Source: Armatimonadota bacterium (GTDB lineage Bacteria; Armatimonadota; UBA5829; DTLH01). Taken from it: 58,329 nt of DNA. Positions 27,887-37,499 of this stretch are shown one piece after another. The notes under the pieces are model-generated. The model saw only the letters and a program-made list of their open reading frames with translations, made no database searches and was not told the DNA's origin. The stretch lies in contig JBDKUN010000025.1 in assembly GCA_039679675.1 (NCBI GenBank), forward strand, positions 1 to 58,329, read 5' to 3'. Both the position numbers and the translations under genes were made by a program. Numbering within the stretch: position 1 is the stretch's first letter; every line of letters starts with the position of its first letter.

Positions 27887-30316
27887 TTACTCTCTTGTCC
27901 TTTGTGACATCAGCTCTGCCGGAACTTCCAGTTCTTCGGCTGAAGCTCCCATTCTGATCTTAACAATGTGAGTCTTGCCGTCCGAAAAGACTGGCAGAAG
28001 ATGCGATTCCCAACTATTGCCGTCTATCGTAATCTCTGTCACGCCAGTGTTTACATGGTTCGGATTGGCCACTTCTATCTCATAAGTTGCGCGCCGGTAT
28101 CTTCTTGTCATCTTGAACCCGTCCCAGTCGGATGGGATGCATGGATCGACAAGCAGCCCGCGAAGCTCCGCACGAATTCCAAGTATCCAGTCCATACTGA
28201 CTTTCCACATCCATGCGGCAGTCCCTGTAAGCCATGAAAACTCCCCCTGGCCATAGTTGGGGGAATTGGGACCATGGATATACTCGGCGTAGACATACGG
28301 TTCAGCTTTATATGTATCCGGCTGTTTGCCTAATTCGACGAATGAAGAGGTCTTCCATATCTCGAAGGCCCTGTCGCCTCTTCCAAGCACGCATTCCGCC
28401 ATAATTGCCCATGCTACAGGGTGGCAGAAGACTGTGCCGTTTTCTTTTGTGCCTGGTGCAAATCTTGATATTATTCCCAGCTTGGGGTCTGGCTCACTGT
28501 AGGCCGGAAGGAACAACGCCGGGCCGTAATCCGTATCAAGATACCGTTTGACCGAGTCCATCGCGCGTATTCCACGGTTATGCGGTGCTGCAGCGGCCAG
28601 AACAGGCCAGCTCTGCGCGTTCAGGTATATCTGGCCTTCGAGGTTTCTCGCGCTGCCGTAAGCCTCACCGTCATCTCTGGTGCCTCTTATATACCAATTG
28701 CCGTCCCACAGATGCTCATTTATATTTCGAATGAGCTTGTCACGCTCCTCGCTGTATTTCTGTGCGATTGTGTCGCTGCCGGTAAACCAGAGGAGCATCG
28801 AGACTTCTCTCAGCATCCAGGCAAGGTGAGCAGCTACCATTGTTGTCTCGCCGCGGCCCTGCCTGCCGACATAATCGAGCCCATCATTCCAGTCCGCCGC
28901 CATGATAAGTGGGATACCCCTCTCGCTCATATGCGAAAGCGTGTAATCCAACGCCCGCAGGACATGCTGCCTTACTGTTTCCGCGCCGGTATCGTAGTAG
29001 CGTACCGCTTCATCCAGAAATACCAGATCGCCGGACTCCTTTAAGTATTCGGTGACACCCAGCACAAGCCACATAGGGTCGTCTGAGTGGCCGGTCCTTA
29101 CGCCGATGTTGGTCAGCGGGTCCCAGTTGTGGAGAGTGCTGCCGTCTGGAAACTGGTGCTCAAGCAGGTAAATGACACGCTGCCGGGCCCATTCCAGGTC
29201 GTTCGGAAGGATCGCGAGCATGTCCTGCCAACTGTCTCTGAAACCAATGATCGATCCACCGCCGACATAATATGAATCCATTCGCGACCAGCGTGATGTC
29301 ACCCAGGCTTGATACTTGTTCCAGGTATTGAATGAAATATCGAAATCCTTATCAGGAGTCTCGCAAGTCGTGTGTGACAGATAGCTGTCCCAGTAAATCT
29401 TGACTTCAGCCAGTGCCCGCTCGGCTTCCTGCCAACTGTCGTACCTGCCTTTGAAGACCTTGGCATCGTCTTTTCGATAAGCGACCCCGACCAGGACTAT
29501 GAACCTGACTTCCTCTCCTGGAGCCAACTCGCGCTCATGCTGGAAAGCGCCTATGACATCATGTCCGCCGCCCTGGCTGTTCTGGCACTTTCCATCGACG
29601 ACGGCACGGGGATTATGCCAGCCCCGGTACATCCCGATAAAAGATTCCTCGAAACAGTCAAAACCGGCAGTCTCCAGACTCGATGCCATAAACGCATATT
29701 TATCCCACCGAGTGTTGGGGTTTCCTGCGCCTGGAGAAGTGATGTTCCAGAACCTGGTGCTGACGAATATGATGTTGTCTTCGACGAACGATTCATTGAA
29801 CAGCTTGGAGAACTGAGATTCGGTAAGGTTATAAGAATAGTTCGCCAGATCCCATTCAACATATGGAAACAACTGGAGCTTTCTGGCTCTGTCGCTGTTG
29901 TTCTTGATACGCACCATCCAGACTTCGACATCATCCCTCGGTGGCACGAAGTATGTGGTTTCACTGTCTATATCGCTGTACGAATAGTTGACCCTGGTAT
30001 AGCCGATGCCATGTCTGGCCTCGAATTTACCGCCGTCTTTGCACACTGGCTGCCAAGTCGCACTCCAGTAATCGCCGGTCTCTTTGTCCCTGATGTAGAT
30101 ATACCGGCCCGGTCTATCTTGTTGTATGACGATGGGAGGATATTCCCTTGTAATTCTGTTGTAGCCTGAAGTCTCGTAGAACGAGTGGCCCCCGCCTGTG
30201 TGCGAGCAAAGAGCGCAGTACCGGCCGTTTGAAAGATAGTTGATCCAGGGCCTGGGCGTATCCGGCCTGTTGATGATATATTCTCTTCCATCTTCTGAAA
30301 ATTGACCGTAACTCAT
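27887..30316 (-). CDS. GH94 glycoside phosphorylase (cellobiose/chitobiose phosphorylase-like; specificity unclear)
   Basis: YGQFSEDGREYII..PDTPRPWINYL, ARHGIGY, GFRDSWQD, HSDDPMW, ADWNDGL, KENGTVFCH, WLTGTAAW. Confidence 0.92.
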   Translation of the reverse strand: MSYGQFSEDGREYIINRPDTPRPWINYLSNGRYCALCSHTGGGHSFYETSGYNRITREYPPIVIQQDRPGRYIYIRDKETGDYWSATWQPVCKDGGKFEARHGIGYTRVNYSYSDIDSETTYFVPPRDDVEVWMVRIKNNSDRARKLQLFPYVEWDLANYSYNLTESQFSKLFNESFVEDNIIFVSTRFWNITSPGAGNPNTRWDKYAFMASSLETAGFDCFEESFIGMYRGWHNPRAVVDGKCQNSQGGGHDVIGAFQHERELAPGEEVRFIVLVGVAYRKDDAKVFKGRYDSWQEAERALAEVKIYWDSYLSHTTCETPDKDFDISFNTWNKYQAWVTSRWSRMDSYYVGGGSIIGFRDSWQDMLAILPNDLEWARQRVIYLLEHQFPDGSTLHNWDPLTNIGVRTGHSDDPMWLVLGVTEYLKESGDLVFLDEAVRYYDTGAETVRQHVLRALDYTLSHMSERGIPLIMAADWNDGLDYVGRQGRGETTMVAAHLAWMLREVSMLLWFTGSDTIAQKYSEERDKLIRNINEHLWDGNWYIRGTRDDGEAYGSARNLEGQIYLNAQSWPVLAAAAPHNRGIRAMDSVKRYLDTDYGPALFLPAYSEPDPKLGIISRFAPGTKENGTVFCHPVAWAIMAECVLGRGDRAFEIWKTSSFVELGKQPDTYKAEPYVYAEYIHGPNSPNYGQGEFSWLTGTAAWMWKVSMDWILGIRAELRGLLVDPCIPSDWDGFKMTRRYRRATYEIEVANPNHVNTGVTEITIDGNSWESHLLPVFSDGKTHIVKIRMGASAEELEVPAELMSQRTRE

Positions 30317-30555
30317 TGGGCTTCGACGTCCTCCTTCACCAGCAGTTCATCGATGGCTACGTTCCGTACACCCGGAATCCCCTGGGCCACGAGCATTGCA
30401 AGCTCGCGCTGCTCCGGGGTATCGACTCGTCCTTTGAGTGATATTTCGCCGTTCGCCGCTCTTACCATTATGGGTTGTCCCCCTATGCGTTTATCACGGC
30501 TGATGGCGTGCCTTACCATTTGTGCAAGGGCCTCATCCTGGAAACTCACCGGCAT
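30313..30555 (-). CDS. Single BON-domain protein without signal peptide
   Basis: DEALAQMVRHAI..D...I.V...NGEISLKGRV.TPEQRELA..VAQGIPGVRNV. Stop overlaps the GH94 start. Confidence 0.88.
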   Translation of the reverse strand: MPVSFQDEALAQMVRHAISRDKRIGGQPIMVRAANGEISLKGRVDTPEQRELAMLVAQGIPGVRNVAIDELLVKEDVEAQ

Positions 30556-30595
30556 TACCTCCGTTTCACGGCCAATTTATTCTAAAAATCGATAA

Positions 30596-31147
30596 CTAAA
30601 ACCTGTAACCAAGTTCCAGGGAGAACATACCGTCTTCATCGGGTTCATCACCACCTATGAAACGAGCCTGGCCAAGAAAGTCCGGTGTGAAATTGAACCC
30701 GATGCTTGCTGACCATGCAAAATTGAACCCGTCGTCTATATTGAGCTCTGGAATATCGTCGCTTGCCCATCTTGTCCCGATACCGATACCAAAATAGACC
30801 TTGATCGGAGCTATAATCCCGTATTTTCTAAAACCTATTAGAAACGGAATAACGCTCTCGTCTCCTGTCGTATTAGTGCTGATCGGAACGTAATCAAAAC
30901 CGACTGTGAAGTAGTCATTTACATTATCCTTATACCTTGCGCCGATAGGTGACTCATAATCGAGCCCGATCAGCCAGCTTGTGGAATCTTCTATATCTCC
31001 GCTCAGCCACACATAGCCCGCATGGACGCTCCACATTGGGTTGTAAATATTGTAATCTTCCCCGTAATACTCGTACTGCGCGCCTGCGGAACCGGCAACC
31101 AATAAACAAGCAAAAACTGCGAGTATAATCAGACTGCTCCGTTTCAT
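30596..31147 (-). CDS. Small outer-membrane beta-barrel protein (OmpA/OmpW-like)
   Basis: Signal peptide (AGA-Q), alternating beta strands (VYFGIGIG), C-terminal beta-signal ELGYRF. Confidence 0.8.
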   Translation of the reverse strand: MKRSSLIILAVFACLLVAGSAGAQYEYYGEDYNIYNPMWSVHAGYVWLSGDIEDSTSWLIGLDYESPIGARYKDNVNDYFTVGFDYVPISTNTTGDESVIPFLIGFRKYGIIAPIKVYFGIGIGTRWASDDIPELNIDDGFNFAWSASIGFNFTPDFLGQARFIGGDEPDEDGMFSLELGYRF

Positions 31148-31234
31148 TTTATCCTGCCTCCTATGGATTTCCGGCTGTCTTCTTAAAAACCGGCCGTTGC
31201 CGAAAGATTCTTGTCTGTTATTTAACCAGAGAGC

Positions 31235-31978
31235 TTACCAGATATACTTTAGCCCAAAGACCCACTGGTGGTCGGTTATACCGTCGAATTGATTTATGTC
31301 ATGAATGACCCTGTATGCAGTAAAATATCTAACACCGGTCTCTGTCTGTATTCCCGCTTCTATGTTGTAATCGAAAAAGGAGCTTCTTGATGAAAGATCT
31401 CCGTCTTCATCAACATAATGCCCTATCAGGTCCGTGTAGAAACGGCCATAGCGGCAACTGCCGATGCAACTGGTGTCTAGTTCAGCAAAAAGGTCCCAGG
31501 TATAATCGACATCCTCAGTGTTCGTATACTTTCCTACAGCGAATGTTAAATTCGGCTGCCCTCTGAGCTGGTAACTAACGTTATACAGCTCGTAGGACTC
31601 CTCGAACTCCGGTACACGGTCTATCGCGTGAAACGATTGATGCCGGATCGAAAAAGAATAGACCTTGTTGCCGCGCATGAGGTATACTGCAGGCTCCAGA
31701 GTGCCGCGGTACCGGTCCGGCTGGAAACTATCGTCATCGGTTGTCTTTATAAGGGTAAGGATACCTCCCCGGAAGTTGAACCGCGCAGCTTTCCATGAGC
31801 CGAAATCGAACCCCAGGTTTACATCCGCGATGTATTTGTATTCATCGCTGGATGCATACCACCCAAGCTCGACATCACCATGGGACTCACTGAGTAGGGA
31901 ATACGGAACCGGCGCGCGGAGCTGTGCCAACGCAGGCACTGCGACCAGTAAAAGCAGTAATGATAATGTTTTTCGCAT
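31235..31978 (-). CDS. Putative outer-membrane beta-barrel protein
   Basis: Signal peptide (PALA-Q), aromatic-rich amphipathic strands, terminal WVFGLKYIW. Confidence 0.7.
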   Translation of the reverse strand: MRKTLSLLLLLVAVPALAQLRAPVPYSLLSESHGDVELGWYASSDEYKYIADVNLGFDFGSWKAARFNFRGGILTLIKTTDDDSFQPDRYRGTLEPAVYLMRGNKVYSFSIRHQSFHAIDRVPEFEESYELYNVSYQLRGQPNLTFAVGKYTNTEDVDYTWDLFAELDTSCIGSCRYGRFYTDLIGHYVDEDGDLSSRSSFFDYNIEAGIQTETGVRYFTAYRVIHDINQFDGITDHQWVFGLKYIW

Positions 31979-32111
31979 TTTCAGCCTCTTTTCGGGAAAA
32001 ACAATCGTGCCGTGCAGACGTAGTCTTGTACCCTTGTTACTAGCTTATCCAAACTGGTCATGGAGGACAAAAGTCGCGTATTGTAGTATAACAGAGTGTG
32101 GAGAAACGATA

Positions 32112-33107
32112 TTGCCTGCAAATCTGACACCTCAGTATCTGGAAGCGGAGGCAAAGTTCAGGGCTGCTGAGACGACGGAAGAAAAGCTGGAAGCCCTGGA
32201 CGAGATGATGGCCGTCATCCCCAAACATAAGGGGACGGAGAAGATGCGCGCGGATATAAAACGCCGCATTGCCAAGCTCCGCCAGAAGGACAAATCCGCC
32301 GGTTCGGCGAAAAAGGGACTTGAGTATAATATCCAGAAGGAAGGCGCAGGCCAGGTTGTGATTGCGGGCCCGCCGAATTCCGGGAAGTCGCTTATTGTAA
32401 GAAGAATGACCGCAGCCGAGCCGGAAGTAGCGGATTACCCGTTTACGACCCGCCACCCGGTATCGGGAATGATGGAATATGAAGATATTCTCGTCCAGTT
32501 GGTCGATACTCCTCCGATTTCTGAAGACATGACTGAACCCTGGGTAATCGCTATCTCCAGGGCGGCTGAGGCTGTTGCGATTGTTCTCGACCTTGCGGGC
32601 GGCACGATACTGGATGATATAGAAAATGTCAAAAGTGAGCTCATTCGTGGCAAGGTGCGGCTTATAGCGCCGGGACAAGACCCTCCGGTGGGGGAGTATC
32701 CTGCAGGAACAGTCTTTCGTCCGGCGATAATAGTGGCCAATAAGCTCGATCAGCCTGGGGCGGAAGAGAGTCTTGCGGTATTTCACGAGCTTTACAACTC
32801 GGAACTGCCGGTAATACCCGTATCGGCCCTGACCGGAGAAGGCTTGGAGGATTTGAAGCGGCAGTTGTTCGAACTCTTGGGGATAGTAAGAGTCTATACG
32901 AAAATTCCCGGTAAGCCGCCGGATTACAATCGTCCGTTTGTTTTGAAAAAAGGCAGCACTGTAGCTGATCTGGCTGCGTCAGTACATAAAGAGTTTGTTT
33001 ATAAGTTGAGGTTTGCAAGAGCCTGGGGAAAGGGTAAGCCCGACGGTATGATGGCAGGGCGCGACCAGGAGCTTGAAGACAAAGACATCATTGAGTTGCA
33101 TGTTTAG
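32112..33107 (+). CDS. OBG/DRG-like GTPase with C-terminal TGS domain
   Basis: True start is TTG 32112 (MPANLTPQY) after GGAG. PKHKGTEK, GPPNSGKS, DYPFTT, NKLD, TGS (VRVYTK...STV.DLA..VHKEF). The 5' extension in the ORF track overlaps the opposite-strand gene. Confidence 0.9.
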   Translation: MPANLTPQYLEAEAKFRAAETTEEKLEALDEMMAVIPKHKGTEKMRADIKRRIAKLRQKDKSAGSAKKGLEYNIQKEGAGQVVIAGPPNSGKSLIVRRMTAAEPEVADYPFTTRHPVSGMMEYEDILVQLVDTPPISEDMTEPWVIAISRAAEAVAIVLDLAGGTILDDIENVKSELIRGKVRLIAPGQDPPVGEYPAGTVFRPAIIVANKLDQPGAEESLAVFHELYNSELPVIPVSALTGEGLEDLKRQLFELLGIVRVYTKIPGKPPDYNRPFVLKKGSTVADLAASVHKEFVYKLRFARAWGKGKPDGMMAGRDQELEDKDIIELHV

Positions 33108-33115
33108 GAAAAAAT

Positions 33116-33403
33116 ATGTTTGCATTAACTATACTTCTGCTGGGTTTGGTCGTTATATCGATTATGGTCACCATCCTCTTCGTCATATGGGGGATGACCA
33201 ATCTGCTGGTGCTTGTCATTCCATTGATCCCGCTTCTCGCATTGATTGGGAGCGGACTTTTGGGAATGATCGAACTGCTGCTCCTTTTCGGAGAGCCGGA
33301 AGACCGCAAGACGGCTAAAACTGACCTCGCGTATCTCGGTATTACTTTTGTAGCGAGCGGTATACTTTGGTGGCTGATGACCAGGTTCCTTTTGAACTTG
33401 TAG
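33116..33403 (+). CDS. Small integral membrane protein
   Basis: 95 aa, about three hydrophobic segments, AGGA SD, 8 nt downstream of the GTPase. Confidence 0.7.
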   Translation: MFALTILLLGLVVISIMVTILFVIWGMTNLLVLVIPLIPLLALIGSGLLGMIELLLLFGEPEDRKTAKTDLAYLGITFVASGILWWLMTRFLLNL

Positions 33404-33532
33404 ATATATCCTCGTGTAATTTGCAGGCGCATATTTGCTGCTCCAACGGAACAATTACAAATGATATACGTCAATACGTCTGGACGGTTGTTACAGGCAA
33501 GGCAGCTTGTTGAAAGGAGCAGACTAATCGAT

Positions 33533-34345
33533 ATGAAGTACGGCAAGATCACGTTGGCGGCCGCAATTACAATGCTTTTGGGTGCGTGGCTGCTTGCAGG
33601 ATGTGGCGGAGGAAGTTCATCGGGAACCGCTGGTGTTAAGCTTTATCTGGCGGATGATCCTCTAGATGCCACTGCAGTGAATGTCACTGTTACCCGCGTG
33701 GATGTATCGCAAAATGGCGATGCGTGGACAACAATCAAGGACTTTGGTCAAGACGGTATTACATTGAACCTTCTGGACTACCGCTACGATGGGAATAATG
33801 CTACTCCCGACAGCTATCTACTCGCAGACACACCTCTTACTGAAGGTCACTACACGCAGATCCGACTCATCTTGAAGAAGATCGAGGTTGTTGACAAGGA
33901 TAACAATACCTATGAGTGCGCGATGAACAGCCAGGATAAATCAGGCCTAAAGCTTACGGGTGAGTTCGATGTTACAGCCGGTACGAAGTCAGCGGTTTTG
34001 ATCGATTTCAATGCTGCCAAGTCGATTGTAGAGATGGGAAACGGAAGCTACAGGCTGAACCCGACTGTAAAGGTAGTACCCATGACTATCACGGGATCTG
34101 TGCATGGCAAAGTTGATTTCGGTAGTAATATTGTACCGACAGGTGCAACCATATCGGCGTATCAAAATGGAGTGCTTGCTGCATCCACATTGATAAATGA
34201 GGACGGTACATTCGGCATGAGCGGGCTCGTCGCTGGTAAATATACACTGAAGCTTGAAACAGAGGGCTATACGGCAGACGATACGGAAGTCAATGTAATC
34301 GCTAACGAAGATACGGATGCTGGCACGATTACGGCCCTTAAGTAG
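33533..34345 (+). CDS. DUF4382-domain lipoprotein with carboxypeptidase-regulatory-like C-terminal domain
   Basis: Lipobox LLAGC, LYLADDP..ATAVNVT, GHYTQIRLIL, SGLKL, IDFNAAKSIV..GNGSY.L.P. AAGGAG upstream of ATG 33533. Confidence 0.85.
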   Translation: MKYGKITLAAAITMLLGAWLLAGCGGGSSSGTAGVKLYLADDPLDATAVNVTVTRVDVSQNGDAWTTIKDFGQDGITLNLLDYRYDGNNATPDSYLLADTPLTEGHYTQIRLILKKIEVVDKDNNTYECAMNSQDKSGLKLTGEFDVTAGTKSAVLIDFNAAKSIVEMGNGSYRLNPTVKVVPMTITGSVHGKVDFGSNIVPTGATISAYQNGVLAASTLINEDGTFGMSGLVAGKYTLKLETEGYTADDTEVNVIANEDTDAGTITALK

Positions 34346-34372
34346 CTGCAAAAACTATAAGTGTGACTGCAG

Positions 34373-34410
34373 AATACCTCCGGGTAGATTACACCCGGAG
34401 GTATTGTTTT
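34373..34410 (+). terminator. Terminator-like hairpin that also contains the SD of the next gene
   Basis: AATACCTCCGGGT (34373-34385) and ACCCGGAGGTATT (34393-34405) form a perfect 13-bp stem, followed by GTTTT. Confidence 0.7.
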
Positions 34411-34411
34411 G

Positions 34412-34891
34412 ATGGAGTTTCCACAGTTTGAGTTTCCTTTGTCCGGCGACGAAGAGGCTCAGAAAATAGTTTCGTGGAAAGAAGAACCTGGAGCGGGTAA
34501 AAAGACCCCCGTTCGAAGCTATCTCAGGTTCGGGATAGATATAGACGGCACTATTTCACGTGCTCCAAGGCACTTCCAGCGGCTGATCAATGCATTAATG
34601 GCCGCAGGGAATGTGGTTTACATAATCACGGCCCGCGACGCGGGGCGAAGACAGGAAACGGAGGAGTTCCTGGCTGCGCTTCGCATAAGATACCACTGGA
34701 TGATAATGAAACCCATCGATTGGCTTGGCACTATCCCCGATTATAAAGCCCAGGTTGTCCTTGAAAAAGATGTCCACATGCTGATAGACGATGAAGAAGA
34801 GAATTGCTGGGCAGTAGAAATAAGAACACAGGCTCTAGCTGTGCATATGCTGCCTGCCCCAACAGTGTCCGAGGAGTTTGAGGTCCTCTAA
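34412..34891 (+). CDS. Capless HAD-superfamily phosphatase
   Basis: Motif I GIDIDGT, motif II IITAR, motif III K (YKAQ), motif IV LIDD. Confidence 0.82.
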   Translation: MEFPQFEFPLSGDEEAQKIVSWKEEPGAGKKTPVRSYLRFGIDIDGTISRAPRHFQRLINALMAAGNVVYIITARDAGRRQETEEFLAALRIRYHWMIMKPIDWLGTIPDYKAQVVLEKDVHMLIDDEEENCWAVEIRTQALAVHMLPAPTVSEEFEVL

Positions 34892-36042
34892 TACATCAAT
34901 TTCAGGCTCTCGCTGACAAGCACAGCCTGGATCGCCTCATGTACCGATGCTGCCAGAGCTTCCCTGGTGGTAGACGCGAGTGCCGCATCTTCCGGCAGAA
35001 CGTCTACAATAAGCTTGTCTTTGATGTACACCCCGGTGTCTTCATTTCCGATTTTTACATCGCGTATATCGGGGTTCATATCGAATGCTTTGTTGAGAAT
35101 AGCTGCTATGGATTTTGCGCGGTCAGAGGACGACAGGCTTTCCGTGTCTGCCGCTTTGAAGATAACTCTATCGTCGACAACGACCTGAGAAATATTCTTC
35201 TCACCGACAGTGATGTCTTTGACTACAGCCATCATATCGGATGTTACCGCCCTGCGATTAATAGGTATATGTCGCTTATTTAGTTCAGCTATAAGATAAT
35301 CAGCCCGGTCTTTACTGTATGGGTGGTTCATATACACTCCGTAGTCCACTGGGTTATACGCATCATCCCTTGCCAGTTTTTCGATGAAAGTCAGCATTCC
35401 CACCGGGTTGTAACCAGCTCTGGTCATGTATTCGATAGCTGTTTTATCGGCATCTTCTTCTGCTTCTCTGGAATAGCCGTTCAATTTGGCGATTTCGAAC
35501 ATCTTCGCGCCATAATAAACATTCTGCAGATCGCCGCTGTCTGCTTTTCCGATCACAGTCGCGGCGAGAAGAGCAAGTACGTATGCGTTGTACTGCCCCT
35601 GTTTCTTCAGAAGTTGGACCATATGGTGGTGGGCGACATGGGCGGCCTCATGCGCTATGACTCCAGCGAGCTCATCGTCTGATTCTACATGGTCGAGAAG
35701 TCCTTTGTTGATGTAAATATATCCCGCTGGAAGCGATTCTGCGTTAATCTCTTTATCGTCGACTACCTTGAAAGTATACGTGAAGTCAGTGAGCTCATCG
35801 CTGCCGTAAGTAGCCGGAACTTTGACTTTTCCGGCGATGGCTGCTATCTTTTGCCCTATTTCATTGACACGCTTGGTGTATTTCTCGTCTTTGATGAACT
35901 TCAGCGTCTTATCGGTTTCAATCGCAGCCTGTTGGCCAAGCTTCTTCTCGGCTTCTATATCGTCTTTTTTTGCCGTTGCGGGGACTGATAGGACTGCAAC
36001 CACAAAGATGAATAAAATTAACGGCCATTTAAACCGGTGCAT
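34888..36042 (-). CDS. Secreted M48-family zinc metalloprotease (BepA/LoiP-like)
   Basis: Signal peptide, INAESLPAGYIYI..GLL, ELAGVIAHEAAH, YSREAEEDAD, HP...R. Confidence 0.9.
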   Translation of the reverse strand: MHRFKWPLILFIFVVAVLSVPATAKKDDIEAEKKLGQQAAIETDKTLKFIKDEKYTKRVNEIGQKIAAIAGKVKVPATYGSDELTDFTYTFKVVDDKEINAESLPAGYIYINKGLLDHVESDDELAGVIAHEAAHVAHHHMVQLLKKQGQYNAYVLALLAATVIGKADSGDLQNVYYGAKMFEIAKLNGYSREAEEDADKTAIEYMTRAGYNPVGMLTFIEKLARDDAYNPVDYGVYMNHPYSKDRADYLIAELNKRHIPINRRAVTSDMMAVVKDITVGEKNISQVVVDDRVIFKAADTESLSSSDRAKSIAAILNKAFDMNPDIRDVKIGNEDTGVYIKDKLIVDVLPEDAALASTTREALAASVHEAIQAVLVSESLKLMY

Positions 36043-36228
36043 TTGCCACGCCCTCCTGATTCTACATTACTATAGACGGGGAAAACTAATGAATACATCC
36101 ACCATGTAAAATACGGATTTACAGTAGTCTATCGATTCCGTTTTGCGGTGAAACTGTCTCAATAATAGGATTTTATCTGTTGGGGTAAACATGAGGAAGA
36201 TCATCAGTATGAAAAGGAGCTGATCAGC

Positions 36229-36471
36229 ATGCCTGAGAATAAGAAAATCGTTATTTACAGTACGCCTAATTGCCCTTACTGCCACCAGGCTAAAAGGTAT
36301 CTGGCAGAGAAAGGGATCTCGTTTTTAGATAAGGATGTCGCGACGGATATTAACGCAAGAAACGAGATGGTCCAAAAATCCGGCCAATTGGGTGTACCCG
36401 TGATAGAAATTGATGGACACATAATAATCGGGTTCAACAAGCCAAAGCTGGACGAAATGCTGAAATTGTGA
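36229..36471 (+). CDS. Glutaredoxin-like (NrdH/YruB-type) protein
   Basis: IYSTPNCPYC, SGQLGVPVI.IDG..IIGF. Confidence 0.93.
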   Translation: MPENKKIVIYSTPNCPYCHQAKRYLAEKGISFLDKDVATDINARNEMVQKSGQLGVPVIEIDGHIIIGFNKPKLDEMLKL

Positions 36472-36486
36472 ACCGGTGGTGCGGAT

Positions 36487-37410
36487 ATGCATGATCTAAT
36501 CATCCTCGGCGCAGGTCCTGCGGGAATGACCGCAGGCGTCTATGCAGCGCGTAAGCAGATCGACACGCTGCTTATCACAAGGGATATAGGCGGGCAGACT
36601 ACCTGGAGCACGGAGATAGAGAACTATCTAGGTTATACGTACATTACAGGGCCCGAACTCGTACAGAAGTTCGAGGACCACCTGCGTTATTTTAATCTGA
36701 GACTGGAATATGCTGAGGTGAAACGCCTGCGCAGAATTGACGGCGGATTCAATATCGAGTGCGACGACATGCGGGAGTTTGAGTCCAAAACAGCTGTCAT
36801 CGCTACCGGAAAGTCCCCAAGAATGTTGAATATTCCCGGCGAACACCAGTTCAGGGGGAAAGGCGTTAGTTACTGTTCTACATGCGATGCTCCGATCTTT
36901 GCCGGAATGGAAGTAGCGGTCATAGGCGGTGGCAACTCTGGTCTTGACGCTGTGATCCAGTTGATGAGGATTACTCCAAAAGTCTATCTGCTAGAAATGG
37001 ATTCATCCCTCCGTGCTGACGAGATACTTCGCAAAAAGGTCGAAGCTGCTCATAATGTAGAAATACTCCTGGATACCAGGCCCACCGAAATACTTGGTGA
37101 TGTGATGGTGACGGGGGTGAATATAGTAAATACCAAATCGGGAGAGGATCGCAGCCTGAAGGTGAGAGGGGTATTCGTAGAGATAGGGCTGGTGCCGAAT
37201 ACCGGCTTCCTCGATGGTTTGCTTAAACTCAATAAATATGGTGAAATACCGGTGAACTGCGCTGCGGAAACGGGTGTGCCGGGACTGTTCGCGGCAGGCG
37301 ACGTTACGGATGTCCCGCACAAACAGATAATAATTGCAGCCGGAGACGGTGCAAAAGCGGCTCTTGGCGCGTATAATTATCTGGTGCGGCAACCTTGTGA
37401 TAGTTCATGA
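36487..37410 (+). CDS. trxB: Thioredoxin-disulfide reductase (TrxB/AhpF C-terminal-like)
   Basis: GAGPAG FAD motif, GVSYCSTCD, GGGNSG, GLFAAGD, KQIIIAAGDG. Confidence 0.88.
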   Translation: MHDLIILGAGPAGMTAGVYAARKQIDTLLITRDIGGQTTWSTEIENYLGYTYITGPELVQKFEDHLRYFNLRLEYAEVKRLRRIDGGFNIECDDMREFESKTAVIATGKSPRMLNIPGEHQFRGKGVSYCSTCDAPIFAGMEVAVIGGGNSGLDAVIQLMRITPKVYLLEMDSSLRADEILRKKVEAAHNVEILLDTRPTEILGDVMVTGVNIVNTKSGEDRSLKVRGVFVEIGLVPNTGFLDGLLKLNKYGEIPVNCAAETGVPGLFAAGDVTDVPHKQIIIAAGDGAKAALGAYNYLVRQPCDSS

Positions 37411-37499
37411 AGGAGTTGACGCAGTTTTGCACTAATTACTAATATGATATACGTTTAAGCATAGACTTATCTGTCATTGAGAGTCCACAGGAGGACCTT

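Noticed and set aside
31665..32111. 149-codon N-terminal extension of the GTPase ORF in the track
   Set aside because: It overlaps the opposite-strand barrel gene. The family start MPANLTPQY at TTG 32112 has its own SD.
32058..32786. Long antisense ORFs (this one, plus 38997-39725, 49666-50424, 29537-30169, 16707-17288 and others)
   Set aside because: They are shadow frames of well-supported genes on the other strand, with no motifs or start signals.
37380..37410. Possible selenocysteine or C-terminal redox tail on thioredoxin reductase (QPCDSS-TGA)
   Set aside because: There is a single Cys, and the TGA falls at the normal family end with no evident SECIS-like hairpin or conserved continuation.
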